In this document: positions 50,304 to 60,813 of the stretch, one piece after another
Layout: every line of letters starts with the position of its first letter
How positions within the stretch are numbered: position 1 is the first letter of the stretch
Assembly: GCA_963842525.1 (NCBI GenBank)
Contig: CAWJGT010000009.1
Coordinates: 224,001-288,000 of the forward strand
Direction: 5' to 3'
Origin: an uncultured Holophagales bacterium
Lineage (GTDB): Bacteria > Acidobacteriota > Thermoanaerobaculia > Multivoradales > UBA5704
DNA length: 64,000 bases
The notes under the pieces: model-generated
What the model was told of the DNA's origin: nothing
Seen by the model: only the letters and a program-made list of their open reading frames with translations
Databases searched by the model: none
Program-made: the position numbers and the translations under genes

Positions 50304-50955
50304 CCCTTCCGCCCGCAGCAATCGGATCGAGAACGCCGTAGAGCGCGAGCTGGCGCGCCGGCGCCGTCTGCTGCGCTTCTATCTCCTCCTGCTGCTCGTG
50401 CCGTTGGGCCTCGCGGCCTGGTTCCTCGCCGCCGGACGATCCGACCATGAAAGCGTCCGTCAAACGTTGGACATGCGGGTCGCTCCGGTCGAAGAGCGCT
50501 ATGCGGAGATCGCGCCGAAGCTCGATCAGGTGGAGGGCCTCAACGAGGCTCTGCCGATCGTCCGGAAGGCGGCGGCGCAGCTCCAGGCTCAAGAAAAGCA
50601 GGTCGAGACCTTGGAGCAGCAGGTCAAGGAGATCGTGCCGGCGGTGAAGGAGATCGAGGCCAACCAGGCCAGCCAGGACTCGCTCCTGCGGACCGCGCTT
50701 GCGTCCAAGCCCCCTTCCGAAGAGCTGAACCGGCTTTCGGCCCGGCTTACGGACATGGAGAGGAGCATCGCCACTGTGCAAGCCCGGCAGGTCGAGGTCC
50801 AGCGCGACCTCAAGGCCGTGCAGTTGAAGGTTGACAGGCAGCCCGCCGGGCCTGCCGATCGCCTGGATCCGAAGGAGCTGAATGCTCTGATCGACGCTCG
50901 GCTCCGCGCCCTGCAGCAGCGGGGCAGGGGCTTGGTCCAGCCGCCGCCGCAGTGA
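50287..50955 (+). CDS. Membrane-anchored coiled-coil protein
   Basis: GGAGG RBS, one TM, heptad-rich; overlaps the upstream gene. Confidence 0.7.
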   Translation: MATLDSPSARSNRIENAVERELARRRRLLRFYLLLLLVPLGLAAWFLAAGRSDHESVRQTLDMRVAPVEERYAEIAPKLDQVEGLNEALPIVRKAAAQLQAQEKQVETLEQQVKEIVPAVKEIEANQASQDSLLRTALASKPPSEELNRLSARLTDMERSIATVQARQVEVQRDLKAVQLKVDRQPAGPADRLDPKELNALIDARLRALQQRGRGLVQPPPQ

Positions 50956-50968
50956 TCAAGCCCCCGGC

Positions 50969-53152
50969 TTATCGGACGTCCACGTCCTCGACAACCACCT
51001 CCTGCAGCGTCCGTTTGAAAAACTCTTCCATGCGCGCATAGAAGTGGGTGAGGGCAGGAGGGTTGACGGCGTGCTTCTGGCCCGGATAGAAGCCCTGCTC
51101 GAAGGGGATGCCGGCTTTTACCAGGGCGTCGGTCAACAGGATCGTGTTCTGCGGGTGGACGTTGTCGTCCGCCAGACCATGAATGAGCAGGAGCCGGTCC
51201 TTGATCCGGTCGGCATAGGTGAGGGGGGACGATTCGAGGTAGCCCGATTCGTTGTCCTGCGGGGTGTCGAGGTAGCGTTCGGTCCAGATCGAGTCGTAGA
51301 GGTGCCAGTCGGTCACCGGCGCGCCCGCGACGCCGGCTTTCCAGACGCCGGGGCGATGGATCAGGCAATACAGGGTGTTGTAGCCGCCGCCGGACCAGCC
51401 CCAGAGGCCGATCCGCGCGGGGTCGACCCAGGGGAGGCTCTTGAGGTAGTCGACCCCGGCGAGCTGGCCGGCGAGGTTGACCTCGCCCATCCGGCGGTAG
51501 TCCAGATCCTCCCCCTTCTTGCCGAAGAAGGTCGAGGCCTGGTTGTCGACGCTGAAGACCACGAAGCCGCGCTGAGCCATCCGCTTGTGCCAAAGGTCGC
51601 GCCGGCGGGTGTCCGGCTTGTCGGCCACGACCTGGGAGCCGGGGCCGCCGTAGTGGTAGACGATCACGGGGTAGCGGCGCGACGGATCGAACCCCTGCGG
51701 CTTGAGGAGCCGGGCGGGCAGGCGCGCGCCGCCGGGCCCGGGAATGGTCAGGTACTCCCAGTGCGGCAGGCTCGCCGGGTCGTATCTGGACGGCGGCACC
51801 CAGGGCAGGGGCACCGCGCTGCCGTCGGCCCGCCGCACCTCCAACCGGCCCGGGAGGTCTGCGCTGGTCCAGGTATGGACCCAGGCGCCGGTCGGAGCCA
51901 CCGGCTGTGCCTCATGGGTGCCCTTCCCTTGCGTGAGGCTCTCCCAACGGTCCTCCCCGAGCCGGGCGCGCAGGACATGGCGCTCGGCGGGGCCCAGGCC
52001 CTGGGTCCGGAAGGCCGTGAGGATCACCTCGCCGCCGTCCCCGGCCAGGCCGCCGAGCCCGGTGACGGCCCAGCCTTCGGGGGAGACCTGACGCAGCAGG
52101 CGGCCGTCGGCGCCGTAGAAGTAGAGCGCCCGCCAGCCGCTCCGTTCGGAGCCCCAGAGGAACCGGCCGTCGGGGAGGAAGAGGAGGTCGTTCGCCAGGT
52201 TCACCCAGGTCGGCCAGCTCTCAGTGGCGAGGGGCGAGCAGCGGCCGTCCGTGGCGGCGCAGCGGAGGAGGTCGAGCCGGGTCTGGCTGCGCGTGAGCGC
52301 CTGGATGGCCAGGGCGTCTCCGGCGGGCGTCCAGGCCACCCGCGCCAGGTATTGGTCCTGGTCGCCGGTCGACATCCAGGTGGTCCGGCCGCTGGCGAGG
52401 TCGAGCACTCCGACGCGCACCCTGGGATTGGGATCGCCCGGCTTGGGGAATTTCTGCCAGTTGACCTTCGGATGGAGCGGCGATTCGTCGACCAGGGGGT
52501 GGACGGGGACGTCGCGCTCGTCGAACTCGTAGTAGGCGATCCGCCGGCTGTCGGGGCTCCACCAGAAGCCGGTGGCTTCGCGGTCCCAGATCTCCTCCCA
52601 ATAGACCCAATCGGTCGTGCCGTTCAGGGTCAGGTTCTTTGCGCCGCCTTCGGTGAGGCGCCGCACCTGGCGTGTTCCGAGGTCCATCAGATAAAGGTCA
52701 TACTCGCGCACGAAGGCGACCTGCGTGCCGTCGGGCGAGAGCTTCGGGTCCTCCTCGGCCTCGGCGGTCTCGGTCAGCCGCCGGAGCCGGCGGTCGGCCA
52801 GCGGGAAGAGGAAGAGGTCGCCGCTCGACTCCAGCAGCAGCGCGTCTCCCTGGGGGGACCAGGCGTAGCCGTCGAGCGTGGCCTCCGCGCCCGCGGCCTT
52901 GGCAAGATCGGCCAGGGACAGCAGGGCCTCGCTCTGGCCCGTGGCGGGGTCGAGGGCCTGGAGGGCCTCACCGCGGCCGTCGTCCCAGAGGTAGGTGAGC
53001 CGCCGGCCGTCCGGCGACCAGGCAATCTGGCCGGGAGAGCGGCCTGCCCAGTCGGCAGAGGCGATCGCGTCGTAGGAGAGCGCGGCTTGGCCAGCGCCCG
53101 CGGCGGGGACGAGGAGACCGAGCAAGAGCGGGAGAAGGAGGGCGGAACGCAT
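50969..53152 (-). CDS. S9B dipeptidyl-peptidase IV
   Basis: DWVYWEE, GWSGGG, DDNVH, catalytic His. Confidence 0.93.
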   Translation of the reverse strand: MRSALLLPLLLGLLVPAAGAGQAALSYDAIASADWAGRSPGQIAWSPDGRRLTYLWDDGRGEALQALDPATGQSEALLSLADLAKAAGAEATLDGYAWSPQGDALLLESSGDLFLFPLADRRLRRLTETAEAEEDPKLSPDGTQVAFVREYDLYLMDLGTRQVRRLTEGGAKNLTLNGTTDWVYWEEIWDREATGFWWSPDSRRIAYYEFDERDVPVHPLVDESPLHPKVNWQKFPKPGDPNPRVRVGVLDLASGRTTWMSTGDQDQYLARVAWTPAGDALAIQALTRSQTRLDLLRCAATDGRCSPLATESWPTWVNLANDLLFLPDGRFLWGSERSGWRALYFYGADGRLLRQVSPEGWAVTGLGGLAGDGGEVILTAFRTQGLGPAERHVLRARLGEDRWESLTQGKGTHEAQPVAPTGAWVHTWTSADLPGRLEVRRADGSAVPLPWVPPSRYDPASLPHWEYLTIPGPGGARLPARLLKPQGFDPSRRYPVIVYHYGGPGSQVVADKPDTRRRDLWHKRMAQRGFVVFSVDNQASTFFGKKGEDLDYRRMGEVNLAGQLAGVDYLKSLPWVDPARIGLWGWSGGGYNTLYCLIHRPGVWKAGVAGAPVTDWHLYDSIWTERYLDTPQDNESGYLESSPLTYADRIKDRLLLIHGLADDNVHPQNTILLTDALVKAGIPFEQGFYPGQKHAVNPPALTHFYARMEEFFKRTLQEVVVEDVDVR

Positions 53153-53230
53153 GGCGCGGAGTCTACTATTCTGGAGTTGCAACCTTGGCGTTGCAGCGCT
53201 CGTAGTGGGGACACGATGGAGGGACACGCC

Positions 53231-54433
53231 ATGAAACCACAAAGACCTGCCGCGCTGCTCGCGGCTTCGCTGCTCCTGACCGGCGCGCTGGCCGCCGTTG
53301 CCGAGACTCCAACCAAGACGCGGGCCTTGCGCCACGCCTTTCCCGCAAAGACCGCCGAGCTGCGGCTCGCCAACCTGGCCGGCCGGATCGAGCTGGTCCG
53401 CGCGCCGGGAAACCAGGTGGTGGTCGACGCCACGATCCACGCCGCCGGCGACAACGCCCGCGAGACCAAGGAGCTGCTCGACGGCATGAAGTGGGTGCGC
53501 GGCGAGGACCGGGACGGCAACGACGAGTGGGTGCTCTCCTACCCTGTCGACGACTACCGCGGCTTCCACTACCCCCGGCCCGGCAAGGATTCGGACATCC
53601 CCGAATTCCTCCGCTTCCTCGACTTCGGCGGGTACTCCACCACGTTCTATCGCGGCGAGAACGTCCGCATCTACCGGGAGAAGCGCTCGTCGGTTCCCAC
53701 TCTCTACGCCAATCTGCGGATCGCGCTGCCGGCCGGAAGCCACGTCGCGGTGCGCAACGCCGTGGGCGCGGTGCGCGCGGACGGGCCGCTCGAAGGGGAC
53801 CTGCAGGTGAGGACCGGCAGCGGCGACGTCCGGATGGCCGCGTTCTCCGGCCAGTTGGGGGTCCGCACCGGCTCGGGCGACGTCACCATGGGCTCGGTCA
53901 CGGGCGAGAGCTCGATCGCCACCGGCTCGGGCGATGTGGTCGTCCGCAAGATGGTGGGCAACGGCTCGCTGGACACCGGCTCGGGCGACGTTACAGTCGA
54001 GAGCGTCTCGGCCGGCAAGCTGGCGGTGGACACCGGCTCGGGCGACGTGGTGGTGCGCAACGGCACGACCGGCCGGCTGCTGGCCAAGACCGGCTCGGGC
54101 AGCGTGCAACTGCTCGGCGTGGAGGTCCAGGAGCTGGACGCCAAGACCGGCTCGGGTGACGTGGTCCTCCGCAGCTCGCTCGCCCAGGCCAAAGAGGTGG
54201 TCGCCCGCACGGGCAGCGGCGACATCGAAATCTTCGCGGGCCCGCAGGCCTCGTTTGACATCACATCGTCCCAGGGGAGCGGCGACCTCGAGGTGGGCTA
54301 TCGGGACGCCAACCTGCGCCGCTCCTCGTCGGGCCGCAAGGTCATCGGTGCCAAGCGCGGCGACGGCCGCACGGTGATCCGCCTCCAGACCGGCAGCGGG
54401 GACTGCGTGATCACCCCGCGGCAGTCCTCCTAA
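53231..54433 (+). CDS. DUF4097 beta-strand-repeat secreted protein
   Basis: Many TGSGDV repeats; signal peptide. Confidence 0.88.
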   Translation: MKPQRPAALLAASLLLTGALAAVAETPTKTRALRHAFPAKTAELRLANLAGRIELVRAPGNQVVVDATIHAAGDNARETKELLDGMKWVRGEDRDGNDEWVLSYPVDDYRGFHYPRPGKDSDIPEFLRFLDFGGYSTTFYRGENVRIYREKRSSVPTLYANLRIALPAGSHVAVRNAVGAVRADGPLEGDLQVRTGSGDVRMAAFSGQLGVRTGSGDVTMGSVTGESSIATGSGDVVVRKMVGNGSLDTGSGDVTVESVSAGKLAVDTGSGDVVVRNGTTGRLLAKTGSGSVQLLGVEVQELDAKTGSGDVVLRSSLAQAKEVVARTGSGDIEIFAGPQASFDITSSQGSGDLEVGYRDANLRRSSSGRKVIGAKRGDGRTVIRLQTGSGDCVITPRQSS

Positions 54434-54472
54434 ACCTCGAACTGATCTGCTGTTGTCTCGTCTCTTCGTTCC

Positions 54473-54500
54473 GGCCCCCTTTGGCGAGGGGGCTTTTTTT
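54473..54500 (+). terminator. Rho-independent terminator
   Basis: GCCCCCT-TTGGCG-AGGGGGC followed by a T-run. Confidence 0.8.
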
Positions 54501-54702
54501 CCTCACCCCCTGTCCCCCTCTCCCATCGCCCCACCCCCGGCCGGGAGAGGGGGGACGTCGCTGGGGCTGAAAGGCGAGGTCGAGGCTCTCTGGTGAGGGA
54601 GCCCCTGAAGAGGCTCTGCAAGCGATCCCCTCAGAGCATCAACTACGTCCCCCCTCTCCCGGGGGAAGGTGGGGCGACGGGAGAGGGGGACAGGGGGTGA
54701 GG
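54501..54702. repeat. Inverted doublet of the CCCTCACCCC REP family between convergent genes
   Basis: CCTCACCCCCTGTCCCCCTCTCCC ... GGGAGAGGGGGACAGGGGGTGAGG. Confidence 0.85.
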
Positions 54703-54704
54703 TT

Positions 54705-56387
54705 TTACATCTTGCTGTAGTTCGGCCCGCCGCCGCCCTCGGGGGGGACCCAGGTGATGATCCCGTACGGGTCCATGATGTCGCAGGTTTTGCAGTGCAC
54801 GCAGTTGCTGGCGTTGATCTGCAGCCGCTGGCCCGTGGGCGAGGCCGGCTCGGGCACCATCTCGTAGACCGAGGCCGGGCAGAAGCGCTGGCAGGGGTTG
54901 GCGTATTCGACCGCGCACTGGTAGATGCAGATGTCGGTGTCCGCGACCAGCAGGTGGACCGGCTGGTCCTCCTCGTGCGCGGTCCCCGAGTTGTAGACGT
55001 CCGCCAGCTTGTCGAAGGTGAGCACGCCGTCGGGCTTGACCGGCTCGGGCGGCTTGAGCTTCTGTCCTTCGGGGCTGTTCAGCCGGACCATCCGCTCGTG
55101 GCCGGGCCGGGTCTGCAGGCGGTCGAGGGCTCCCCAGCCGCGGCCGTTCGTCACCAGGCCGAGGCCCGCCTGGACCATGCCGGCCGCGACCCCGTGGTCG
55201 AAGGCCTGGTGGAAGTTGCGCACCTGCCAGAGCTCGTCCTTGATCCAGCTCTCGTCGATCTTCTGCTCGAAGCGGGACAACCGCTCGGCCGTGGCGCCGC
55301 CGGCCACCAGCGCCTCGAAGATCGTCTCGGCGGCGAGCATCCCGGACTTCATGCCGAGGTGGATTCCCTTGAGGCGCTGGCTGTTGAGCGTCCCCGCCGA
55401 GTCGCCGATGATCAGGAAGCCGTCGCCCCAGGAGCGCGGCATCGCCCACCAGCCGCCCTCGGGGATCGCCTTGGCGCCATAGAACGCCATCCGTCCGCCT
55501 TCGAGGAGGCTGCGGATCTCGGGATGGGTCTTGAAGCGCTGGAATTCCTGGTGCGGGTCGAGCAGCGGGTTGCGGTAGTCCAGGCCGACGACCAGGCCGA
55601 CGACGAGCTGGTCATTCTGCATGCCGTAGAGGAAGCCGCCGCCGAAGATGTGCATGTCGAGCGGCCAGCCCATGGTGTGGATCACGTCGCCCGCCGCGAT
55701 CCGTCCCGGCGGGAGGTCCCAGACCTCCTTGATGCCGATCGAGTAGACCTGCGGGTTCTTCCCCTCCCAGAGGCCCAGGTCCGCGTCGAGCTGCTTGACC
55801 AGGGTGCCGCGGGGACCTTCGCCGAGCACCACCACCTGCGAGCGGATGTCGACCCCCGGCTCGTAGTTGGCCTTCTTCTCGCCGGTATGCGAGATGCCGC
55901 GGTCCGCGGTGCGGACGCCGACCACCCGGCCGTTCTCGACCAGCGCGCGGGAGGCGGGAAACTCGTAGAAGATGTCGACCCCCAGCTCCTCGACCCGCGG
56001 GACCATCCACTTGAGGAGCTTGCCGAGCGAGGCGACGTAGTTGCCCTCGTTCTCGAGCGGCGGCGGGATGGGCATGCCGAAGGCCCGTTTGCCGGTGAGG
56101 AACAGGAGCTTCTCGTGCTCGACCTTGCCCTCGTACGGAGCGTTGCGCCAGTCGTCGGGGAACAGCTCGCGGAGGGCGCGCGGGTCCACCACGGCGCCGG
56201 AGAGGGCGTGGCTGCCGATCTCGCGGCCCTTCTCCAGGACCCCGATCGAGACCTCCAGCTTCGCGGCGGATTTTGCATTGTGATCGCGGATTAGGCGCGC
56301 GAGGTGATAGGCCCCGGCCAGGCTGGCCGGTCCGGCGCCGACGAAGAGGACATCGATGTCCAGAGTTTCGCGTTCCTGGTCGCTCAT
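54705..56387 (-). CDS. Electron transfer flavoprotein-ubiquinone oxidoreductase
   Basis: VGAGPA, H.LSGA, KGIH.GMKSG, CPA.VYE, NCVHCKTCDI. Confidence 0.95.
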   Translation of the reverse strand: MSDQERETLDIDVLFVGAGPASLAGAYHLARLIRDHNAKSAAKLEVSIGVLEKGREIGSHALSGAVVDPRALRELFPDDWRNAPYEGKVEHEKLLFLTGKRAFGMPIPPPLENEGNYVASLGKLLKWMVPRVEELGVDIFYEFPASRALVENGRVVGVRTADRGISHTGEKKANYEPGVDIRSQVVVLGEGPRGTLVKQLDADLGLWEGKNPQVYSIGIKEVWDLPPGRIAAGDVIHTMGWPLDMHIFGGGFLYGMQNDQLVVGLVVGLDYRNPLLDPHQEFQRFKTHPEIRSLLEGGRMAFYGAKAIPEGGWWAMPRSWGDGFLIIGDSAGTLNSQRLKGIHLGMKSGMLAAETIFEALVAGGATAERLSRFEQKIDESWIKDELWQVRNFHQAFDHGVAAGMVQAGLGLVTNGRGWGALDRLQTRPGHERMVRLNSPEGQKLKPPEPVKPDGVLTFDKLADVYNSGTAHEEDQPVHLLVADTDICIYQCAVEYANPCQRFCPASVYEMVPEPASPTGQRLQINASNCVHCKTCDIMDPYGIITWVPPEGGGGPNYSKM

Positions 56388-56747
56388 GCGGCTCGGCTCC
56401 TCCCGTTCCTGCATCTCATGTCATCGAGCGCAGGGGATGCTACCATGCGGAAGGCCCGTGCAAGGAATCCGGCCGCGGGTTTCGACCCCGACGGTCAAAA
56501 AGAGGAGCCTTCATGCTCCCTCGCCCGCCTCGATGCACTCGCCGCCACGGCCGGCCTCGTCTGCGGGGCGGAGCAGGGCCTCGATGCCGGCATCCACAAC
56601 CGCTGGCACATCCGGACCTACGCCATGGGAAGCCGCACCGCCGTCCGCGAGGCACCCCTGGCCCGGGATCCTCAGGGCTTCATCGACGAGTGGCTCGCCC
56701 GCAGCCGAACCGCATTTGATAAGCTCGCGCCCTGACTGAGTCGGCAC

Positions 56748-56763
56748 CGCCCTCATAGGATAG
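56748..56763 (+). repeat. 16-bp direct repeat CGCCCTCATAGGATAG, left copy
   Basis: Identical to 60814-60829. Confidence 0.9.
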
Positions 56764-56886
56764 TTTCTATTCAGACATGGGCTCATACTGGGAGTATCGG
56801 AATGTCTTCGACAAACGTCGGCTCCAAGCCGAATCTCACGCCGACTGAGAAAACTGTCCTCAGGGTCATGTCAGAAGCTCCAGGAG

Positions 56887-58686
56887 ATGTTCGGCGAGCT
56901 CGTCATCAACGAGCAAAGGAGTGAGCTGGTTCGAGAGCTGGATTCTGCGATCCTGCGATCCACCTTCTCGCCGCAGGAAGTCTTTGAGCTTATCATTGAG
57001 AATTGCTTGTCCCGTACAGACTCGCAGCATGGGCAGGTGCTTCTATACAAGCACAATCGCCTGGTGGTGGCTGCGAGCTCGGAGCCGAGCCGTATCGGCG
57101 AGGAGCTGTTTCTCCATAACTCTTTGTGCGGCAAGGCCATCCGCGAGAGATCCGATCAACACTATCCGGACGTTTCCGTGATACCACCGAGCTCTTACGC
57201 TCGGTATCACGACGAGACAAAAAGCGAGCTCGTCGTCCTTATCCAGCCAGCCAACGTAGGCAGGGTCCTCGGTGTGCTGGCTTTGGAGCGCGAAGCGCTC
57301 GGTCCATTCCCAGCAACGGCGCGCGACTTCGCCAAGCTCCTTGCTGGCCAGGCAGCCATTGCCATCCAGCATGCCCGCACGTGGTCCGGCGTAAAGACCC
57401 TATATGACCTCAGCACCGCGCTGGTTGCAGGTACTGTGGAGCTTGAGCAGAGTGGTCAGGAAATCCTCAATGCTCTGCTGGACAACTTCGACTTTGAATA
57501 CGGCCAGATTCTAGGCTTCGAGAGTAATGAGTTTGTTATCATCGCGAGCAGCCGTAGGGGCGACATTGGACTTCGTCCTGGCCGGGACTCGTCACTGTGC
57601 GGCCACTATCTATTAGCCGAGGGTAAGCGGGATATCTTGGTCATCAATGATATTGAGCGGTCGGAGTACAAAGATCTTTACCTGGCTCTGCTCGGGGCGG
57701 AGGGCGAACGTATGAAGAGCGAGATGATCATACCGCTCGTCGACAATTCGGGTCGACTCACAGGGGCGTTGAACATTGAAAGCCCTCAGGTCGGGATTTT
57801 CTCAGATTTTGATGTAAGTTTGTTCGGCGTGGTCGGACACCTTTTGGCCGCTGCAATCTCGGCCACGTTTGCCCGTCGTAAACGAGCGAAAGAGGAGCAA
57901 ATAAAGAGGGCGGATCTAGCTATGACGCACCTCGGCAATGTCGCCCAGTCGTTTCTTCATCGATTTGGCAGTAGCGTTGGCGACGCTAAAGGGCGGATGC
58001 TCGAGCTCAGGCAGCATTTGGAAGGGCGAGATTTGCCGAAATTGCGACGAAAAGAGCTCAGCGTGGTTGATTTCATAGGCGACATCGTGGAGAGCCTCGG
58101 CGAGGCCAAGGTGGTGGTGGATGACTTCAGCAACCGGTTCGATCCACAATTGGTCGACTTCCAGTTCCAGGACATCGATCTCGCGGCGGTCGGTAGAGAG
58201 CTCTTGGAGAAGTACCAGCAAAGGTATGCCGATACTGGGATCGAATTTCGTTTCGATGACCAGATGCCGTCAGTCGACAAAAATGGCCGGATGAGTGTCG
58301 GCAGCCGTGCTGTGTGTCGGTTGACTGAGAAGGTATACGACGTTATCGAAAATCTTTTGGATAATGCCGTGCGAGCCGTGGTGGAGCGGCCTGCGGTGGA
58401 CAGGCCCGGCGAGATCGCCATAATCCTCTCCCTCAGCGCTGCCCTCAGCGCGCGCCTGCGGGTGCAAGACAACGGAGTCGGTATCGACGCGGCAGAGCGG
58501 CGAAAGATTTTCGAGTTCGGTTACAGCACTCGCAAGAGCGGAGGCACTTCGCTTGGTATAGGACTTTGGTTCTGCGAGTACTACACTCTTCAGCTCGGAG
58601 GGAAGATCACCTTCGATTCGGAGAGAGGGTCAGGTTCGTGGTTCGAGATCGAGTTCCCTACGATTGCCATAGAGGCTGAAGCCTGA
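56887..58686 (+). CDS. Cytoplasmic GAF-GAF histidine kinase (true start possibly 56802 with a 1-nt indel)
   Basis: Two GAF domains; H-box SFLHRF; NLLDNA, DNGVGI, IFEFGYST, GIGL. Confidence 0.88.
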   Translation: MFGELVINEQRSELVRELDSAILRSTFSPQEVFELIIENCLSRTDSQHGQVLLYKHNRLVVAASSEPSRIGEELFLHNSLCGKAIRERSDQHYPDVSVIPPSSYARYHDETKSELVVLIQPANVGRVLGVLALEREALGPFPATARDFAKLLAGQAAIAIQHARTWSGVKTLYDLSTALVAGTVELEQSGQEILNALLDNFDFEYGQILGFESNEFVIIASSRRGDIGLRPGRDSSLCGHYLLAEGKRDILVINDIERSEYKDLYLALLGAEGERMKSEMIIPLVDNSGRLTGALNIESPQVGIFSDFDVSLFGVVGHLLAAAISATFARRKRAKEEQIKRADLAMTHLGNVAQSFLHRFGSSVGDAKGRMLELRQHLEGRDLPKLRRKELSVVDFIGDIVESLGEAKVVVDDFSNRFDPQLVDFQFQDIDLAAVGRELLEKYQQRYADTGIEFRFDDQMPSVDKNGRMSVGSRAVCRLTEKVYDVIENLLDNAVRAVVERPAVDRPGEIAIILSLSAALSARLRVQDNGVGIDAAERRKIFEFGYSTRKSGGTSLGIGLWFCEYYTLQLGGKITFDSERGSGSWFEIEFPTIAIEAEA

Positions 58687-58703
58687 GGCACAGGAGGAAG
58701 AGC

Positions 58704-59519
58704 ATGAAGGCGCGCATTCTTGTGGTCGAAGACGAGGAGCGGTGGCTGGAGAACTTCCAGGAGTGGATACCGGAGGATCTGGCTTCCCAGGACTCCGCTT
58801 CATCCTCGATCGAGGCTGCCAGGCTGCTGCGCAGGTTTCATTACGACCTTGTGCTGCTCGATTTGTCGATGGACGTTACCAATATCTCCAATCGGGATAC
58901 CCGTCCGATTCAGGAGTATCTTGCACGGCGGCCCGAGGGGACGCTGTACATTGTGATCTCGGCAACAGCGCAGAAGCACGACGTTCGTGACGCGGCGTTC
59001 AGGCTTGGGGCATGGGACGTCATCTTCAAAACTGAAGCTGAGCCGGCTGTTCTCAGGGAGAGGGTGGCGGCAGCGGTGGCAGACACTGGTCGACATCATG
59101 AGCAATGGATCATCGAGGCCAGGACAAAGTTGATCAAGGATCACGTGCATGACGGCCAGATCCTCAGCGCTCTGCAGCCACGTGGGGGAGCATCCAGCAT
59201 GTACGGCCTCATGGATGCCCTGTTTCGCGCCATCGCTCCGATCGGACAGCATCGCGACAGGCTGCACTTCGCCGTCACAGGCCAATGCGTGTGCGGTCTG
59301 GTATGGAGCCGCCTTCGGGGGGCAGCGGTTTCCTTCGTCCTTGCGAATCGCAGCATAGAGGAAGAGGCCGCGCTGGCAGAGCTCGCGGACTGGATGGGGT
59401 TTGCGGAGCGGGGCGAGCGCCTGATCTCTCGAGAGCTGCACCGAGTTCGTATATGGGGATTCGAGGAGACGAGCATCACGGATTCCCACTTCGACCTTCC
59501 TGACATCCGGGTCGCTTGA
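58704..59519 (+). CDS. Response regulator: receiver + unrecognised C-terminal domain
   Basis: ILVVEDE, LLDL, ISA, FK; no HTH recognised. Confidence 0.85.
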   Translation: MKARILVVEDEERWLENFQEWIPEDLASQDSASSSIEAARLLRRFHYDLVLLDLSMDVTNISNRDTRPIQEYLARRPEGTLYIVISATAQKHDVRDAAFRLGAWDVIFKTEAEPAVLRERVAAAVADTGRHHEQWIIEARTKLIKDHVHDGQILSALQPRGGASSMYGLMDALFRAIAPIGQHRDRLHFAVTGQCVCGLVWSRLRGAAVSFVLANRSIEEEAALAELADWMGFAERGERLISRELHRVRIWGFEETSITDSHFDLPDIRVA

Positions 59520-60637
59520 GTGGCACGATGGAGTTGCCGATCGACCTGATCCGTGCGTTCAAGCTGGTAGGCGGTGAGGGTGTGGTGGCTTTCGTTGGAT
59601 CTGGCCCCTCGTGCGATGCCGGCGTCCCGAATTGGTCGGATCTGATCCGGTGCGTCGCAGTTGACGTCGGTCTCGATGCCGAGATCTCTCCATATTTGTC
59701 GACGGGGCGCCTGCTGGAAGCGGCACAGTTTCTCAGTCGCTCGAGGTCGGAGGAGGACATCCAGGAGAGGGTAGCGAAGGAGATTCAACGGACCGCCCGG
59801 CCGGGACGTGTCCACGAGCTCATCGTTGGCGCGCCCTTTTCGGGCATCGTGACCACAAATTACGACTTGCTGCTGAGCATGGCCGATCGAGCTCGAAAGT
59901 TTGACGTTCCGACGACCCATCAGAGCGTCACCGTTCGCGACCACCTTCATCGCCCATTCGTTCTCCATCTCCATGGGCATGTGAATGAGCCAAGGACGAT
60001 CGTGCTCAGTCGTAGCGGCTATGACCAGATCGTCGCCCCGGCAGGAGCGCCAGCCCGGCAGTTCTTGTATAGCACCCTGGGATCGTTTACGCTGCTCTTT
60101 ATCGGATTCGGGTTTCGAGACCCAAATATCGACGCCATCCTCAGGGAGGGCAGCGAGTTGAGCACAATCGGCGGGTCTAGCGTCTTTGCTCTAGTGCCGT
60201 CGGGCCCGAAGATTGATCATGTGCTCGATGCCAACCTAAGAACGAGGAAAGTCAATCCAATCTATATCGAAGATCGGGGCGATCACGGCACGCAAGCACT
60301 TTGCGAGTGGCTGGAAAGCCTGACACGGGCAGTCGAGAGGGTCACCTTGTCGCGTCAGTCGCCGGTGCGGAACGCCAAGCCGGCCGAGTTGCTGCAGAGG
60401 ATTCAGTCGCTGTTGCAATCAGGTGACTGGAGGCTTGTCCTCGCGAAGGCTGTGGCGGAACTGGAAAACCGCCCGGATTTGCAGAATCTTGCGCGCAAGG
60501 GATTCACCAATGAAGACATCCCAAGATTGTTCGATCAGATGTCGATCGGCGAGACACGGAGGATTTTGATGTCAGTGAATCGAGAGCGCAGGAATGAGGT
60601 GGTGGAGGATGCCCTCTCCTGCTTTCCGCCCGGGTGA
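59516..60637 (+). CDS. SIR2-like (SIR2_2) NADase-type protein
   Basis: FVGSGPS..PNW, TTNYD, LHLHG, LFIGFGFRDPNI. Confidence 0.88.
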   Translation: MSGTMELPIDLIRAFKLVGGEGVVAFVGSGPSCDAGVPNWSDLIRCVAVDVGLDAEISPYLSTGRLLEAAQFLSRSRSEEDIQERVAKEIQRTARPGRVHELIVGAPFSGIVTTNYDLLLSMADRARKFDVPTTHQSVTVRDHLHRPFVLHLHGHVNEPRTIVLSRSGYDQIVAPAGAPARQFLYSTLGSFTLLFIGFGFRDPNIDAILREGSELSTIGGSSVFALVPSGPKIDHVLDANLRTRKVNPIYIEDRGDHGTQALCEWLESLTRAVERVTLSRQSPVRNAKPAELLQRIQSLLQSGDWRLVLAKAVAELENRPDLQNLARKGFTNEDIPRLFDQMSIGETRRILMSVNRERRNEVVEDALSCFPPG

Positions 60638-60813
60638 GGTCCAGCGGGACAGGTCCCAGATCCTCTGCGGAGCGCTCGACACTGCGGCGAGCTTGGCGCT
60701 TCCCCACGCTCGCCGGCCCGAGGGATTCCTCGACCAAGGGCTCGCTCTCCCCTGGGACGAGACGGTCCGCTGGTCCGACCCACGCGCAGTGACCGGATTT
60801 GGAAAAAGAGTGG

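Noticed and set aside
56304-56735. 143-aa ORF as a complete gene
   Set aside because: It overlaps the ETF-QO start; only the 3' part looks coding, so it is at most an unidentified remnant
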